Of a stretch of 64,000 bases of DNA, positions 20,127 to 30,197 are shown in pieces; position 1 is the first letter of the stretch; each line of letters starts with the position of its first letter. The stretch lies in contig JBDTVZ010000001.1 of NCBI GenBank assembly GCA_040006935.1, positions 423,772 to 487,771 on the forward strand. The letters are read 5' to 3'. The stretch is from Candidatus Dojkabacteria bacterium (GTDB lineage: Bacteria; Patescibacteriota; Dojkabacteria; J137). A program made the translations under genes and the position numbers. A model generated the notes under the pieces. The model ran no database searches, was not told the DNA's origin, and saw nothing but the letters and a program-made list of their open reading frames with translations.

Positions 20127-20759
20127 ATGCATTATCAACCTATTTTGCTTGATACTAAAGGTATAGATATCCTAGACAAAGATACTGTCTTAGATGAAGT
20201 CTCTAGAATATATAAACAATTAAAAGAATCTCTTTCTGTTTTTGAAATTAAAGCAGAAGGACAAAGCATTGGAGTTGAATCCTTGAAGAAATTTAGTAGT
20301 TGGCTTTGGAATAGAAATGATGAGCTAAAAGTTCTTATAGTTTTCCAGGCAGAGAAGCTTACCCTTGAAGCACAAAATTCATTACTCAAAATTGTAGAGG
20401 AGCCACCTGAGAAGACAGTTATTATCCTATCTAGCAGAAATTCGGACACTTTATTGCAAACTATTAACTCCCGTTGCATTACTATGGGGAAGGTAAGTAA
20501 AAGTAATGATGCAGTACAAATGCCAGCTTTCCTACAAGGTAATTACATAAACAGAATAAAACTTATAGATTCTTTGACTAAGGAAGATAATTCTAGAGAA
20601 AATGCTTTAAAGCTTGTTGAAGAATTGATAAACTATTATTTAGAAGATAAAGAGTATAGAATGAAATCGGACAAACTATTAGAAATATACTTAGGAATAA
20701 AGTCTGGAACAAATTTAAAATTATCTTTATCTTTAGTTAATCAATTAGTTAGCACATAA
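20127..20759 (+). CDS. holB: DNA polymerase III delta-prime-like subunit (short form)
   Basis: AQNSLLKIVEEPP, LLQTINSRC. Confidence 0.75.
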   Translation: MHYQPILLDTKGIDILDKDTVLDEVSRIYKQLKESLSVFEIKAEGQSIGVESLKKFSSWLWNRNDELKVLIVFQAEKLTLEAQNSLLKIVEEPPEKTVIILSSRNSDTLLQTINSRCITMGKVSKSNDAVQMPAFLQGNYINRIKLIDSLTKEDNSRENALKLVEELINYYLEDKEYRMKSDKLLEIYLGIKSGTNLKLSLSLVNQLVST

Positions 20760-20784
20760 TATTTTTACTTATTATTAAACAGTT

Positions 20785-21360
20785 ATGAAGAAATTAGCTT
20801 TTGTACTTTATGCCTGGGGCAGCACGTTCCTTTTTGCATTTATAATCTATTGGCTAGCTACAATTCCCAACCTAAGTGCTGGAGATGTTGTTACTGATGA
20901 AGTTATAAAAGTTATTTTTAGATTAACACTATATGCAATATTATTTGTACTGATATATAGATCTGTAATTATTACTTTAAAAACAACAGTAGAAAGATTA
21001 TCCAAATGGAGATCCCGAAAAGAGGAAGCGGAAGACAGTGAATTTGTATTAATTGTCGAGACATTAGTAGTAATACTTGTAATTTTCGCAACAATTTCTT
21101 TTGCATTCTTTGAGCAACATGTTCAGTTCTATACAAATGGAAGGAATGGTGGAGCAGAGGTTGTGTTTATTAAAAAAGATGGCTTGGATGTTGCATATAT
21201 TCCACAGTCCTCAATTGCAGAGGCAAATAAGGGAGTATTAATTAGTGTAATGTCCACACTTTTAACAGCTATTGTAGTTTATAGTGTCCCAGTTATTGGT
21301 GAACTTGAAGTTGCCATAAAACATAAGTTGGATAGAGAAATTAAGCATAAAAAGAAATAA
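20785..21360 (+). CDS. membrane protein, weakly VanZ-like
   Basis: four hydrophobic segments; IYWLATIPNL and EQHVQFYTNGR recall VanZ-type motifs. Confidence 0.55.
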   Translation: MKKLAFVLYAWGSTFLFAFIIYWLATIPNLSAGDVVTDEVIKVIFRLTLYAILFVLIYRSVIITLKTTVERLSKWRSRKEEAEDSEFVLIVETLVVILVIFATISFAFFEQHVQFYTNGRNGGAEVVFIKKDGLDVAYIPQSSIAEANKGVLISVMSTLLTAIVVYSVPVIGELEVAIKHKLDREIKHKKK

Positions 21361-21448
21361 GAAAACCTAGATAAAAGCCCGAAACCTATATCTATTAGTA
21401 AGATAGAGTTCTCGGGCTTACTTATCCAATATAGCTAACATTATTGGG

Positions 21449-21476
21449 TTGACTTTTTACCAATCTAATCTAAAAT
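21449..21476 (+). promoter_or_regulatory. sigma70-type promoter of gyrB
   Basis: TTGACT-16 nt-TAAAAT, 8 nt upstream of ATG 21485. Confidence 0.6.
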
Positions 21477-21484
21477 CTGTGGGT

Positions 21485-23413
21485 ATGTCAAATTCAGAAA
21501 AAAATACAAAAAATAACGATTACAATGCTTCAAACATTACTGTTTTAAAAGGGTTAGAAGCTGTAAGGAAGAGACCAGCCATGTATATTGGTGGAACAGA
21601 CGAAGCTGGATTACATCATTTGATTTGGGAAATTGTAGATAATGCTATTGATGAAGCTCTAGCTGGGTTTGCTACAGATGTTCAAGTCGGATTAAATGAA
21701 GATGGTTCTGTAACTGTACAAGATAATGGTAGAGGAATTCCTGTAGATATTCACCCAATAGAAAAAGTCAGTGCTTTAGAACTTGCAGCAACTGTTTTAC
21801 ACGCTGGAGGTAAATTCGACAAAAATACTTACAAAGTGAGCTCAGGATTACACGGAGTCGGTCTATCAGTGGTCAATGCTTTAAGTGAATGGTGTAAAAT
21901 CGAAGTCTTCAAAAATGGGAAAGTATATATTCAAGAATATAAAATTGGTATTCCTAATTATTCGGTAAAGGAAGCAGGAAAAACAGATATCAGTGGAACC
22001 AAAGTAACCTTCAAGCCAGATGCTACTATTTTCAACTCAGTAAGCTTTAATTATAAAACTGTTTCTTCCAGATTAAGGCAGAACGCATACTTAAACGGAG
22101 GAATTAAATTTGAGATTGTAGATAGACGAAAAGGTGATGAAGATTATTATGCATTCTTATTTAGAGGAGGATTAAAATCTTACATTAAGCATTTAAATGC
22201 TCATTTAAAAACTCCGCAGAAAAATATTTTTTATTCAAAAAGAACTCAAGATGATATTGAAGTAGAGGTTGCCATACAATACACAGACGATATTCAAACA
22301 AATGAATATGCTTATGCTAATAACGTTCCTAACCCAGATGGTGGAACACATGTTTCTGGTTTAAGAATGGCATTAACTAAAAGTATTAACTCCTACTTAG
22401 AAGAATTCGGAACTGAGAAAGAAAAAGAATTTAAATTAACTGGAGAGGATGTGCGAGAAGGAATCACCGCAGCAATTTCTGTTAAGCTTTCTGAACCTCA
22501 GTTTGAGGGGCAAACCAAAGGTAAATTAAATAACCAAGAGGTTACGCAGGCAGTACGAAAAGTTGTAGAGGAAGATTTGAAAATATTCTTAAAAGAAAAT
22601 CCAGTAGACGCTAAAGCTATAATGGCTAAAGTTATGCTTGCAAACAAAGCAAGGACAGCTGCCAAAGCTGCTAGAGATGCCGTTATTAGAAAAAGTGTAT
22701 TTGAAGGAGGTGGATTACCAGGTAAACTAGCCGATTGTTCATCAAAGGATCCAAAAAATTCGGAAATGATGATTGTAGAAGGAGATTCTGCAGGTGGTTC
22801 TGCGAAGCAAGGTAGAGATAGACATACCCAAGCTGTATTCCCACTTAAGGGTAAACCGTTAAATGTAGAAAAATATAGATTAGACAAAGTTTTAGCTAAT
22901 GTTGAACTGAGTGATTTAATTAGAGCTTTAGGCTGTGGAATAGGGCAGACTATTGAAATGAGTAAGCTAAGATATCATACAATTATATTAATGGCCGATG
23001 CAGATGTTGATGGTAATCATATTAATACATTATTGCTAACATTATTTTATAGATATCTTAAACCAGTTATTGAGAATGGTCATTTATATATTTCTCAACC
23101 CCCTTTATTTAAAGTAATCTTCTCTGCAAATGATAGTGTTTGGGTTAAAGATGATGCAGCTCTAGAGAAATTATTGAAAGAAAGAAAGCCCGCAAAAGCA
23201 CCAACAATACAAAGGTTTAAAGGTTTAGGAGAAATGAATCCTCAACAACTTTGGGAAACTACATTAGACCCAAAAACAAGACAATTAAAGAAAGTTGTAA
23301 TCGATGATGCAGAAGAAGCAAATAAAATGTTTGACGTTTTGATGGGGGAAGAAGTAGCGCCAAGAAGAAAGTTTATTGAAATGTATTCAGAAGAAGCAGA
23401 ATTAGATTATTAA
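21485..23413 (+). CDS. gyrB: DNA gyrase subunit B
   Basis: EIVDNAIDE, GLHGVG, EGDSAGGS, DADVDG, QRFKGLGEM; start moved to ATG 21485. Confidence 0.96.
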   Translation: MSNSEKNTKNNDYNASNITVLKGLEAVRKRPAMYIGGTDEAGLHHLIWEIVDNAIDEALAGFATDVQVGLNEDGSVTVQDNGRGIPVDIHPIEKVSALELAATVLHAGGKFDKNTYKVSSGLHGVGLSVVNALSEWCKIEVFKNGKVYIQEYKIGIPNYSVKEAGKTDISGTKVTFKPDATIFNSVSFNYKTVSSRLRQNAYLNGGIKFEIVDRRKGDEDYYAFLFRGGLKSYIKHLNAHLKTPQKNIFYSKRTQDDIEVEVAIQYTDDIQTNEYAYANNVPNPDGGTHVSGLRMALTKSINSYLEEFGTEKEKEFKLTGEDVREGITAAISVKLSEPQFEGQTKGKLNNQEVTQAVRKVVEEDLKIFLKENPVDAKAIMAKVMLANKARTAAKAARDAVIRKSVFEGGGLPGKLADCSSKDPKNSEMMIVEGDSAGGSAKQGRDRHTQAVFPLKGKPLNVEKYRLDKVLANVELSDLIRALGCGIGQTIEMSKLRYHTIILMADADVDGNHINTLLLTLFYRYLKPVIENGHLYISQPPLFKVIFSANDSVWVKDDAALEKLLKERKPAKAPTIQRFKGLGEMNPQQLWETTLDPKTRQLKKVVIDDAEEANKMFDVLMGEEVAPRRKFIEMYSEEAELDY

Positions 23414-23431
23414 ATTAGTTAAATAATTAAT

Positions 23432-24082
23432 ATGGAAGAGACTAAACCAGAAAAGAAAAAATCTAATAAGAAAATTATAATCATAGTTCTTCTAATAGTT
23501 TTATCTTTATGTTGCGTTGTTTGTGCAGGTTTAACTTATGTTGGATATCAAGGTGTTGTGGACGCTGCTAAGAAAGCTGATGCAGATGCTGCAAAAATAC
23601 TTCAAGATGAGAAACCCGTAAAGGTAACCCCTACTACAAATGAACCTATTTCAACTGAAGATTCATCCTACAAAGATTTTAAAATTGGTGATTCTATTAG
23701 AATTAATAATGTAATGGTTGTAACCGTAGTTTCTGCAGAAGAGTATGTGTATAATAATAGCTTTGGTGATTTCGCAGATCCGTTCAATGGAACTTATTAT
23801 ATTTTCAAGGTAGAAATGACAAATATTTCCGATAAGAAAGTATATACTCCAACTTTATCACTTTACGATATGAATACTGGAGTAAGTGATAGTATTGGGA
23901 CAGTAATAAAACAGGAGCTTTCCGATTTTCCACTATATGTAAATGTTGACCCTGGGAAGAAGGTTTCTGGTTACATTCAATTTGAAAAGACAGCAGACAT
24001 GGCAAAAGAAAATTTATACGTACAAGTAACAGACCATACTTTATTAACAGACTCAAAAATAGTAAACATTAAGGCTTTTTAA
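23432..24082 (+). CDS. membrane-anchored DUF4352-like (Ig-fold) surface protein
   Basis: basic N-terminus + TM ending in CCVVC; FKIGD, VDPGKKVSGYIQFE. Confidence 0.6.
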   Translation: MEETKPEKKKSNKKIIIIVLLIVLSLCCVVCAGLTYVGYQGVVDAAKKADADAAKILQDEKPVKVTPTTNEPISTEDSSYKDFKIGDSIRINNVMVVTVVSAEEYVYNNSFGDFADPFNGTYYIFKVEMTNISDKKVYTPTLSLYDMNTGVSDSIGTVIKQELSDFPLYVNVDPGKKVSGYIQFEKTADMAKENLYVQVTDHTLLTDSKIVNIKAF

Positions 24083-24085
24083 ACT

Positions 24086-26743
24086 ATGGCAGACGAAGTT
24101 GAAAATAAAATAGAAGAGGAAGGAATTTTATTAGACAGTGTTGTTCCAGGAACACACACTGCAGAAGGATCTACTGAAGGTGGAATTGTCAAGGAGCTTA
24201 AACAAAGCTACATTAACTACGCCATGAGCGTTATTGTAGCTAGAGCATTACCAGAGGTTAGAGATGGTTTAAAACCAGTACAACGAAGAATCTTATACGC
24301 AATGTATAAAATGGGCATTATGCCAGGTTCTGCATATAAAAAAGTCGCAAGAATTTCGGGAGAAACAATGGGTAAGTACCATCCACACGGAGATGCATCT
24401 ATTAACGATGCACTTGTTAGAATGGCACAGGAATTTAACCTAAGATACCCACTTATTGAAGGTCAGGGAAACTTTGGATCTATTGATGGAGACTCTGCTG
24501 CTGCTGCCAGATACATTGAAGCTAGACTTGCAAAAGTTGGAGCCAGGATGATGGACGGAGTAGAGCACACAGTAACTTATGGACCAAACTATGATGGGAA
24601 CGAGACTGAGCCGTTGGTTTTACCTACTGCACTTCCTAACCTTTTAATTAACGGTAGTGAAGGTATCGCTGTTGGTATGGCAACAAAAATCCCACCCCAC
24701 AACTTGAATGAGGTTGTAAATGCAGTATTAAGAACAATCGATAACGGTAATAGCTGGAGTTTTGAAAGTTTAAAAAAGTTAGGAATAAATTACGAAACAG
24801 ATATAAAAACAATTGCAGATATAGATAACTTAAATAAAGATAGATTCCACCGATTCGAGAGTGAAATTGATATTAAGGAATTATTAAAGGATATCAAAGG
24901 TCCAGACTTCCCAACAGGAGCAACAATGTACAATCAAAAGAACATTGCTTTAATTTACGAAACTGGTAGAGGTAGTGTTTTAATGAGAGCTGTTTCACAA
25001 ATTGAAGAAATGAAGGGTGGTAGGTTTAGAATTATCATTACAGAACTTCCTTATCAAGTTAATAAATCAGTTTTATTAGCTAGGATAGCTCAATTGTATA
25101 AAGATAAAAAGATAGAAGGAATCTCAGACTTAAGAGATGAATCTAACAGAGAAGGAATTAGAATTGTTGTAGAAATAAAAAGAGAAGCAAAGCCTAAGAC
25201 TGTTGAAAATCAATTATATAAATATACTGAATTACAAAAGAACTTTAGCGCAAACATGCTCGCTCTTGTTAATGGAGAGCCTAAATTATTGAATTTAAGA
25301 GAATATGTTCAATACTTCATATCTCATAGACAAGAAATTGTAATTAGAAAGAATGAATTTGAATTAGGTAAAGCAAGAGAAAGAGAGCATATTCTGGAAG
25401 GTTTAATGATCGCATTAGACCATTTGGATGAAGTAATTGCTACTATTAGAAAATCTAAAGATGTTGATGTTGCAAAGACAAATTTAATGAAGTTATTCAA
25501 GCTTTCAGACATTCAAGCACAGGCTATTTTAGATATGAGACTTGCAAGGTTAGCAGCACTTGAAAGAGAAAAAATTGAGAACGAATATAAAGAAGTTGTA
25601 AAAACTATCAAAGAATTAATCAAGCTCTTGAATTCACCAGAGGAAATTTTGAATATTATAAAACTAGAACTAGCAGACATTAAGGAAAAATACGGAGATG
25701 CTAGAAGAACAAAAGTGTTTAAAGGCGATGTTGATGAATTGAATGAAGAAGATCTTATAACAAACGAGAAAACCTTTGTAATGATTAGTACACAAGGTTA
25801 TATAAAGAGAGTAAAAAATGATACTTACAGAGTACAGAATAGAGGAGGCCAAGGCAAAAGAGCAGTAGCAACAAAAGAGGACGATAGTGTTAGGCATGTC
25901 TTTGATTGTAATACTCACGACGAGATTATGTTCTTTACAAACAGAGGAAAGGTTTATATTTTGAAAGTATATGAAATTCCTGAATACGGAGCAACAGCGA
26001 AAGGCTTACCTATTGTAAATTTGATTAATATTTCTAATGGAGAATTAGTAACTAGCGTACTGACAAGATCTGCTACAGGTAAGATTTTAGATGAAGATGT
26101 GGCACAAGAAGATGAGGAAAAGAAAGAAAAACTAGGAAAGGATTATAAATTCTTATTCATGGCTACAAAGAAGGGAGTAGTGAAGAAAACAACACTCGAG
26201 GACTTTGCAAGTATTAGATCCAATGGTTTAATAGCTTTGACTTTAACTGAGGGCGATGAATTAATCTGGGTCAAGCCAACAGATGGTAAAGATGAAATTA
26301 TCTTAGTATCTAAGTTGGCTAAGTCTATTCACTTTCATGAAGAGGATGTTCGTGAAACAGGTCGATCTTCTCAAGGTGTAAGAGGAATTAGACTAAAATC
26401 TGAAGATGAAGTCATATCTATGGATATTGTTAGAAAGCAAGAAGATATGATGCTTACAATATCTGAGCATGGATTTGGAAAAATGACTCAATTATCACAA
26501 TTTACTCTTCAAAAAAGAGGAGGTTCTGGAATATTTGCAGCTAGAGTTAACTCTAAAACTGGTAGTCTAGTTGTTGCAAGAGTTTTGGACCATCCAAATA
26601 AGGAATTGCTGATTTTAAGCACAAAAGGACAAGCAATAAAAATTCCTACAAACGCTTTACCTGAAAGGAATAGACAAACTGCGGGAGTAACTCTGATGAG
26701 AGTTAAAGACGGAGATAAAGTTGCTGCTGTAGCAATTGTGTAA
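24086..26743 (+). CDS. gyrA: DNA gyrase subunit A
   Basis: DGLKPVQRR, YHPHGD, AAARYIEAR, GyrA-box QNRGGQG, beta-pinwheel repeats. Confidence 0.96.
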   Translation: MADEVENKIEEEGILLDSVVPGTHTAEGSTEGGIVKELKQSYINYAMSVIVARALPEVRDGLKPVQRRILYAMYKMGIMPGSAYKKVARISGETMGKYHPHGDASINDALVRMAQEFNLRYPLIEGQGNFGSIDGDSAAAARYIEARLAKVGARMMDGVEHTVTYGPNYDGNETEPLVLPTALPNLLINGSEGIAVGMATKIPPHNLNEVVNAVLRTIDNGNSWSFESLKKLGINYETDIKTIADIDNLNKDRFHRFESEIDIKELLKDIKGPDFPTGATMYNQKNIALIYETGRGSVLMRAVSQIEEMKGGRFRIIITELPYQVNKSVLLARIAQLYKDKKIEGISDLRDESNREGIRIVVEIKREAKPKTVENQLYKYTELQKNFSANMLALVNGEPKLLNLREYVQYFISHRQEIVIRKNEFELGKAREREHILEGLMIALDHLDEVIATIRKSKDVDVAKTNLMKLFKLSDIQAQAILDMRLARLAALEREKIENEYKEVVKTIKELIKLLNSPEEILNIIKLELADIKEKYGDARRTKVFKGDVDELNEEDLITNEKTFVMISTQGYIKRVKNDTYRVQNRGGQGKRAVATKEDDSVRHVFDCNTHDEIMFFTNRGKVYILKVYEIPEYGATAKGLPIVNLINISNGELVTSVLTRSATGKILDEDVAQEDEEKKEKLGKDYKFLFMATKKGVVKKTTLEDFASIRSNGLIALTLTEGDELIWVKPTDGKDEIILVSKLAKSIHFHEEDVRETGRSSQGVRGIRLKSEDEVISMDIVRKQEDMMLTISEHGFGKMTQLSQFTLQKRGGSGIFAARVNSKTGSLVVARVLDHPNKELLILSTKGQAIKIPTNALPERNRQTAGVTLMRVKDGDKVAAVAIV

Positions 26744-26755
26744 TAAAATAGAGAT

Positions 26756-27397
26756 ATGTCTTCTTCAAAAGAATACTGGAATAAAAAATTAATTGACTAT
26801 GCAAAAGAAGACTGGAGTGCTAAGCCATCCATATTTGCAGAATTTGCTGTTCAATACTTTCCCGAAATAGGCAAAATCCTAGAATTAGCTTCAGGAGTTG
26901 GGCAAGACGGTAGATTTTTTGCTGGGAAAGGTTACGGTGTCACCCAAACTGATTTTTCAGAAACTTCTTTAGAATATTTAGAACTTCTAAAAGGTTTACC
27001 CAATATTAAAAATCAACCTTTAGATATGAGCAAGGATTTCCCTTTTGAAAAAGGAAGCTTTGATGTTGTTTACTGTCATTTAGGAATACATTACTTTGAC
27101 AAAAGAACTACAGAAAAAATCTTTTCCGAAATTAATAGAGTACTAAAGGGTGGAGGAGTGATAGCATTGTTAGTTAATTCTAATGAAGACCCAGAGATTA
27201 AAGAGAGTGATAAAATAGAAGATGGGCTCTACCGATTCAAAGATATTCAAAAAAGATATTTTAGTATTGAAGATATACATGACTATGCAAAATCTTTTGA
27301 AATTTTAATTGCAGATAATCAAGGAACAACTTATAAAGATACTGCCATGGGAGTTTCTAATTTAATAAGATTTATTGGAAGAAAAAGTCTAACTTAA
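26756..27397 (+). CDS. class I SAM-dependent methyltransferase
   Basis: ILELASGVG, FDVVY, RVLKGGG. Confidence 0.85.
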   Translation: MSSSKEYWNKKLIDYAKEDWSAKPSIFAEFAVQYFPEIGKILELASGVGQDGRFFAGKGYGVTQTDFSETSLEYLELLKGLPNIKNQPLDMSKDFPFEKGSFDVVYCHLGIHYFDKRTTEKIFSEINRVLKGGGVIALLVNSNEDPEIKESDKIEDGLYRFKDIQKRYFSIEDIHDYAKSFEILIADNQGTTYKDTAMGVSNLIRFIGRKSLT

Positions 27398-27425
27398 ATA
27401 CCTTCAAATTATACTCAGTAAGTTA

Positions 27426-27977
27426 TTACCCTGTGATTACTTTTTCAAATAAGCCATATTCATCATCTCCGTCCATCATTGTACCGACTCGTTGATATCC
27501 TTTATGAATATAGAAATTAACAACTTGAGTGAAAGATATTCTGGAATCAAATCTGATTGCATTGCAGCCTCGTTTTATTGCTTCAATTTCGGCCAGTTTA
27601 AGAAGTTTTGAAGCTAAGCCTGAACCTTGATGAGCAGGTACAACACCTAAAGCACTTACCCACAATGCTTTTGTATTTTCTAATTTTGATGAAGGGAATT
27701 TCTGAGTATAGTCTAGTGTTCCACCATTCGGACCATCTTCGTTGTTAGTATAGTAAGGTGGAGCTTCTTCAGATAAGGTCATAGTCGCAACAGCTTCACC
27801 TTCTAAATACTCAACATAAACATCTCCATATTTTAATTTTTCCTTCACCACCTCTCTTGTATAATAGTTTTTCCAATGATTCATTCCATGTTCGGTAGCC
27901 ATCCAAGCTGAACATTTAGAGATTACAGAAAATATATCTTCAAGCTTTGATTCATCAGCTTTTAAGATTTCTTCCAT
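27426..27977 (-). CDS. GNAT family N-acetyltransferase
   Basis: VVPAHQGSGLASKLL, NFYIHKGY. Confidence 0.88.
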   Translation of the reverse strand: MEEILKADESKLEDIFSVISKCSAWMATEHGMNHWKNYYTREVVKEKLKYGDVYVEYLEGEAVATMTLSEEAPPYYTNNEDGPNGGTLDYTQKFPSSKLENTKALWVSALGVVPAHQGSGLASKLLKLAEIEAIKRGCNAIRFDSRISFTQVVNFYIHKGYQRVGTMMDGDDEYGLFEKVITG

Positions 27978-28163
27978 TTTTATAAATTAAGATTTAAAAA
28001 ATTAGGTCCAAATTTTCAATTTCTAGGATTTCTAGTAATCTTCCGTCCTAAGTGAAATCTTTCAACGTATATTTTATCATCTTAAAACGAACTGTGCCTT
28101 AAAACGCGTTTAAACGCGAAACCCTGGTTTGTATTTACAAGTAAAGTGATTAGCTTGTTGTTG

Positions 28164-28604
28164 TTATATATTTGAAAAAGTTAACTCTAATTCTATAAAA
28201 TAACACTCAACATTCATATTTTCATCCTTAACTGAATCTATCAAGTCTTCATTCAAACTGCTCAAACGCTTAGAAGATACTTGGTAGCTATACGCTAGCC
28301 CTTTTATTTCTCTAAGTGCCTTGTTGATGAGTTGATATTCAGGACCTGCAATAAATATACGTACTTGGGTATGCTGATTGTCTTTACGTGGAAAAGGAAG
28401 GTCGTCAATTTCAGCAGTAATCCCAAAGTAAACAAAGTTATCATCCAACCCTCTTATTTCATCTTGAGTGTATCCACCCAAAGATTTGTTCAATCTCTCA
28501 ATTTCACATACAAATTCGGACGCCCCAGAATAATGATCCGATGTTTCCGCGTTAAGAATATCTTGTAGTGTAATTTGAGAAAAACCTGCATTCTCTTCCA
28601 TCAT
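28164..28604 (-). CDS. hypothetical protein
   Basis: 146 aa acidic ORF with TGaTATAAT upstream. Confidence 0.6.
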   Translation of the reverse strand: MMEENAGFSQITLQDILNAETSDHYSGASEFVCEIERLNKSLGGYTQDEIRGLDDNFVYFGITAEIDDLPFPRKDNQHTQVRIFIAGPEYQLINKALREIKGLAYSYQVSSKRLSSLNEDLIDSVKDENMNVECYFIELELTFSNI

Positions 28605-28880
28605 AATCTTTTCTTATAAAATAATTTGGATTATATCACGAACCACTACTTTGCCTTAACCGGCTTGTTTTCAGGGCAGAGGAGGTCAATATTGCTTATA
28701 GGTGAGTGTTTAGACTATATGTAAATTCGCGAAAAGTGATAATTTTAATAAAAATGAAAATTCCTATAAGAGCGATAGATTTAATTATAAACAATACTTA
28801 CAAAATAATAAAAGTATTATAGAACTTTAAAAGAATAGAGTGATAAAGCGTTTGGAGGAGGTTAGAAAAGAGTTGATCTT

Positions 28881-28908
28881 ACTGAGTATAATGTACCTTA
28901 TGTTTAGT
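28881..28908 (+). other. dif-like Xer recombination site (probable replication terminus)
   Basis: ACTGAGTATAA-TGTACC-TTATGTTTAGT, 11-6-11 layout like E. coli GGTGCGCATAA-TGTATA-TTATGTTAAAT. Confidence 0.75.
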
Positions 28909-29190
28909 AAGACTACGAATTGTCCACAAGAAAGTCTTTTACAAACAAACTTTTAACTTCCTTAAGCCTTTCACTTAATAGTTACATTTATTCTCTAATT
29001 CTCTGTTTTAAAGAATTATTAAGAATAATAAATTTAAATTTTGGAAATTTTAGAAAAGATAGAACAGAGCACTCCACTACTCTAATTTTTAAGATACTGT
29101 AAAATAAGAAATGTGCTAAATGAAGAAAGATCCAATAATGTCCGAATTTGCTGATGTCCGAATAGATCACCCGGAGTTATTTATAGAGAA

Positions 29191-30186
29191 TCACTCTGCC
29201 CTAAGTGTTATTTCTTCTAACCTTTCTAAAAACTCTGGAATACCTATTCTTTTATTTGGATCAACTTGAAGAATTTGTCTAAACAATATCTTGAGCTCAT
29301 CTTTTTGTTTAAGTGCAAAGGGACTTCTATCTACTAATAATTCCAATCTCTCGTAGCCAGGATTATCTTTGTCATTGAAATCAATGTTCACTATAAAACT
29401 TAAATATAACTCCTGATTAGAGAAGTTATCTTTTCTAATCAGCATGTCTTTAAAAATTAAACCAAATGCAATTAACCCAAAAGAATAAACCTCACTCTTA
29501 TAGAAGTCAATAATTGGCTCTTCCTGTATTCGTTCTGGTGATATGATATTAGGAGTAGAAGGATAATCTTCACCCGGGTTTTTAGAATAATCAATGTCTT
29601 CTCTGCTGAGATCTACCATTGTATCAACGTCTAAAAACAAAGGTTTGTTATGCTCAACAATGATATTCTTCAGCTTTAAGTCAAAATGGTATTTTCTATT
29701 TTTTGCCATTTTAAGTATTTTACGACCAAGAAGCCCAAGATATTCTACCCTATCCTTTAAGCTCCATTTTATGTCAGAAATTTTATTATCTAAAGTATCA
29801 GAAAGGATGCCAAGGAAGGGTTTAATAGTCCCGTAAAAATACATTACAACAAAATTAGAATTTCCACTCTCAAAACTATCCATTACTCTTACATCTCCAT
29901 ATAAATCCTCTTGCCTAGCTATTTGTTTGATAAGCCTTTCGGTTTCTTTCCTTGCTTCATCATTCTCGTATTTATATTCTTTAACCATGAAGTTGTTCTG
30001 AAGTTTTTTATCCTCAACAAACCAGATTGTGGTTCTTATACCATTTATAGAATGATCACTTTCCTTAATTTTCTTCTTAACAAGGTATCTTTCTTCAAGT
30101 AAATCTCCTACTTGAATCTCGTCCTGCTGGATATCTGATCGCGCTGGCCTATCTTCTATTGAGGACGTTTTTGATGTGTCTGCCAT
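29191..30186 (-). CDS. Hanks-type Ser/Thr protein kinase-like protein (atypical motifs)
   Basis: MVKE, HFDLKLKN, LDVD in place of DFG, ISPE, SEVYSFG, DPNKR. Confidence 0.8.
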   Translation of the reverse strand: MADTSKTSSIEDRPARSDIQQDEIQVGDLLEERYLVKKKIKESDHSINGIRTTIWFVEDKKLQNNFMVKEYKYENDEARKETERLIKQIARQEDLYGDVRVMDSFESGNSNFVVMYFYGTIKPFLGILSDTLDNKISDIKWSLKDRVEYLGLLGRKILKMAKNRKYHFDLKLKNIIVEHNKPLFLDVDTMVDLSREDIDYSKNPGEDYPSTPNIISPERIQEEPIIDFYKSEVYSFGLIAFGLIFKDMLIRKDNFSNQELYLSFIVNIDFNDKDNPGYERLELLVDRSPFALKQKDELKILFRQILQVDPNKRIGIPEFLERLEEITLRAE

Positions 30187-30197
30187 ATTTTTTTATC

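Noticed and set aside
21449-21484. TTG start for gyrB (and extended starts for rpsF, ybaB, yebC, pilM)
   Set aside because: Extensions overlap promoter or repeat sequence; downstream ATGs match expected N-termini
28920-28928. DnaA-box-like TTGTCCACA suggesting oriC
   Set aside because: Single imperfect box, no dnaA/dnaN nearby, convergent gene orientation and an adjacent dif-like site
28920-29170. Two 60-aa ORFs in the terminus gap
   Set aside because: Non-ATG starts, low-complexity AT-rich translations, mutually overlapping
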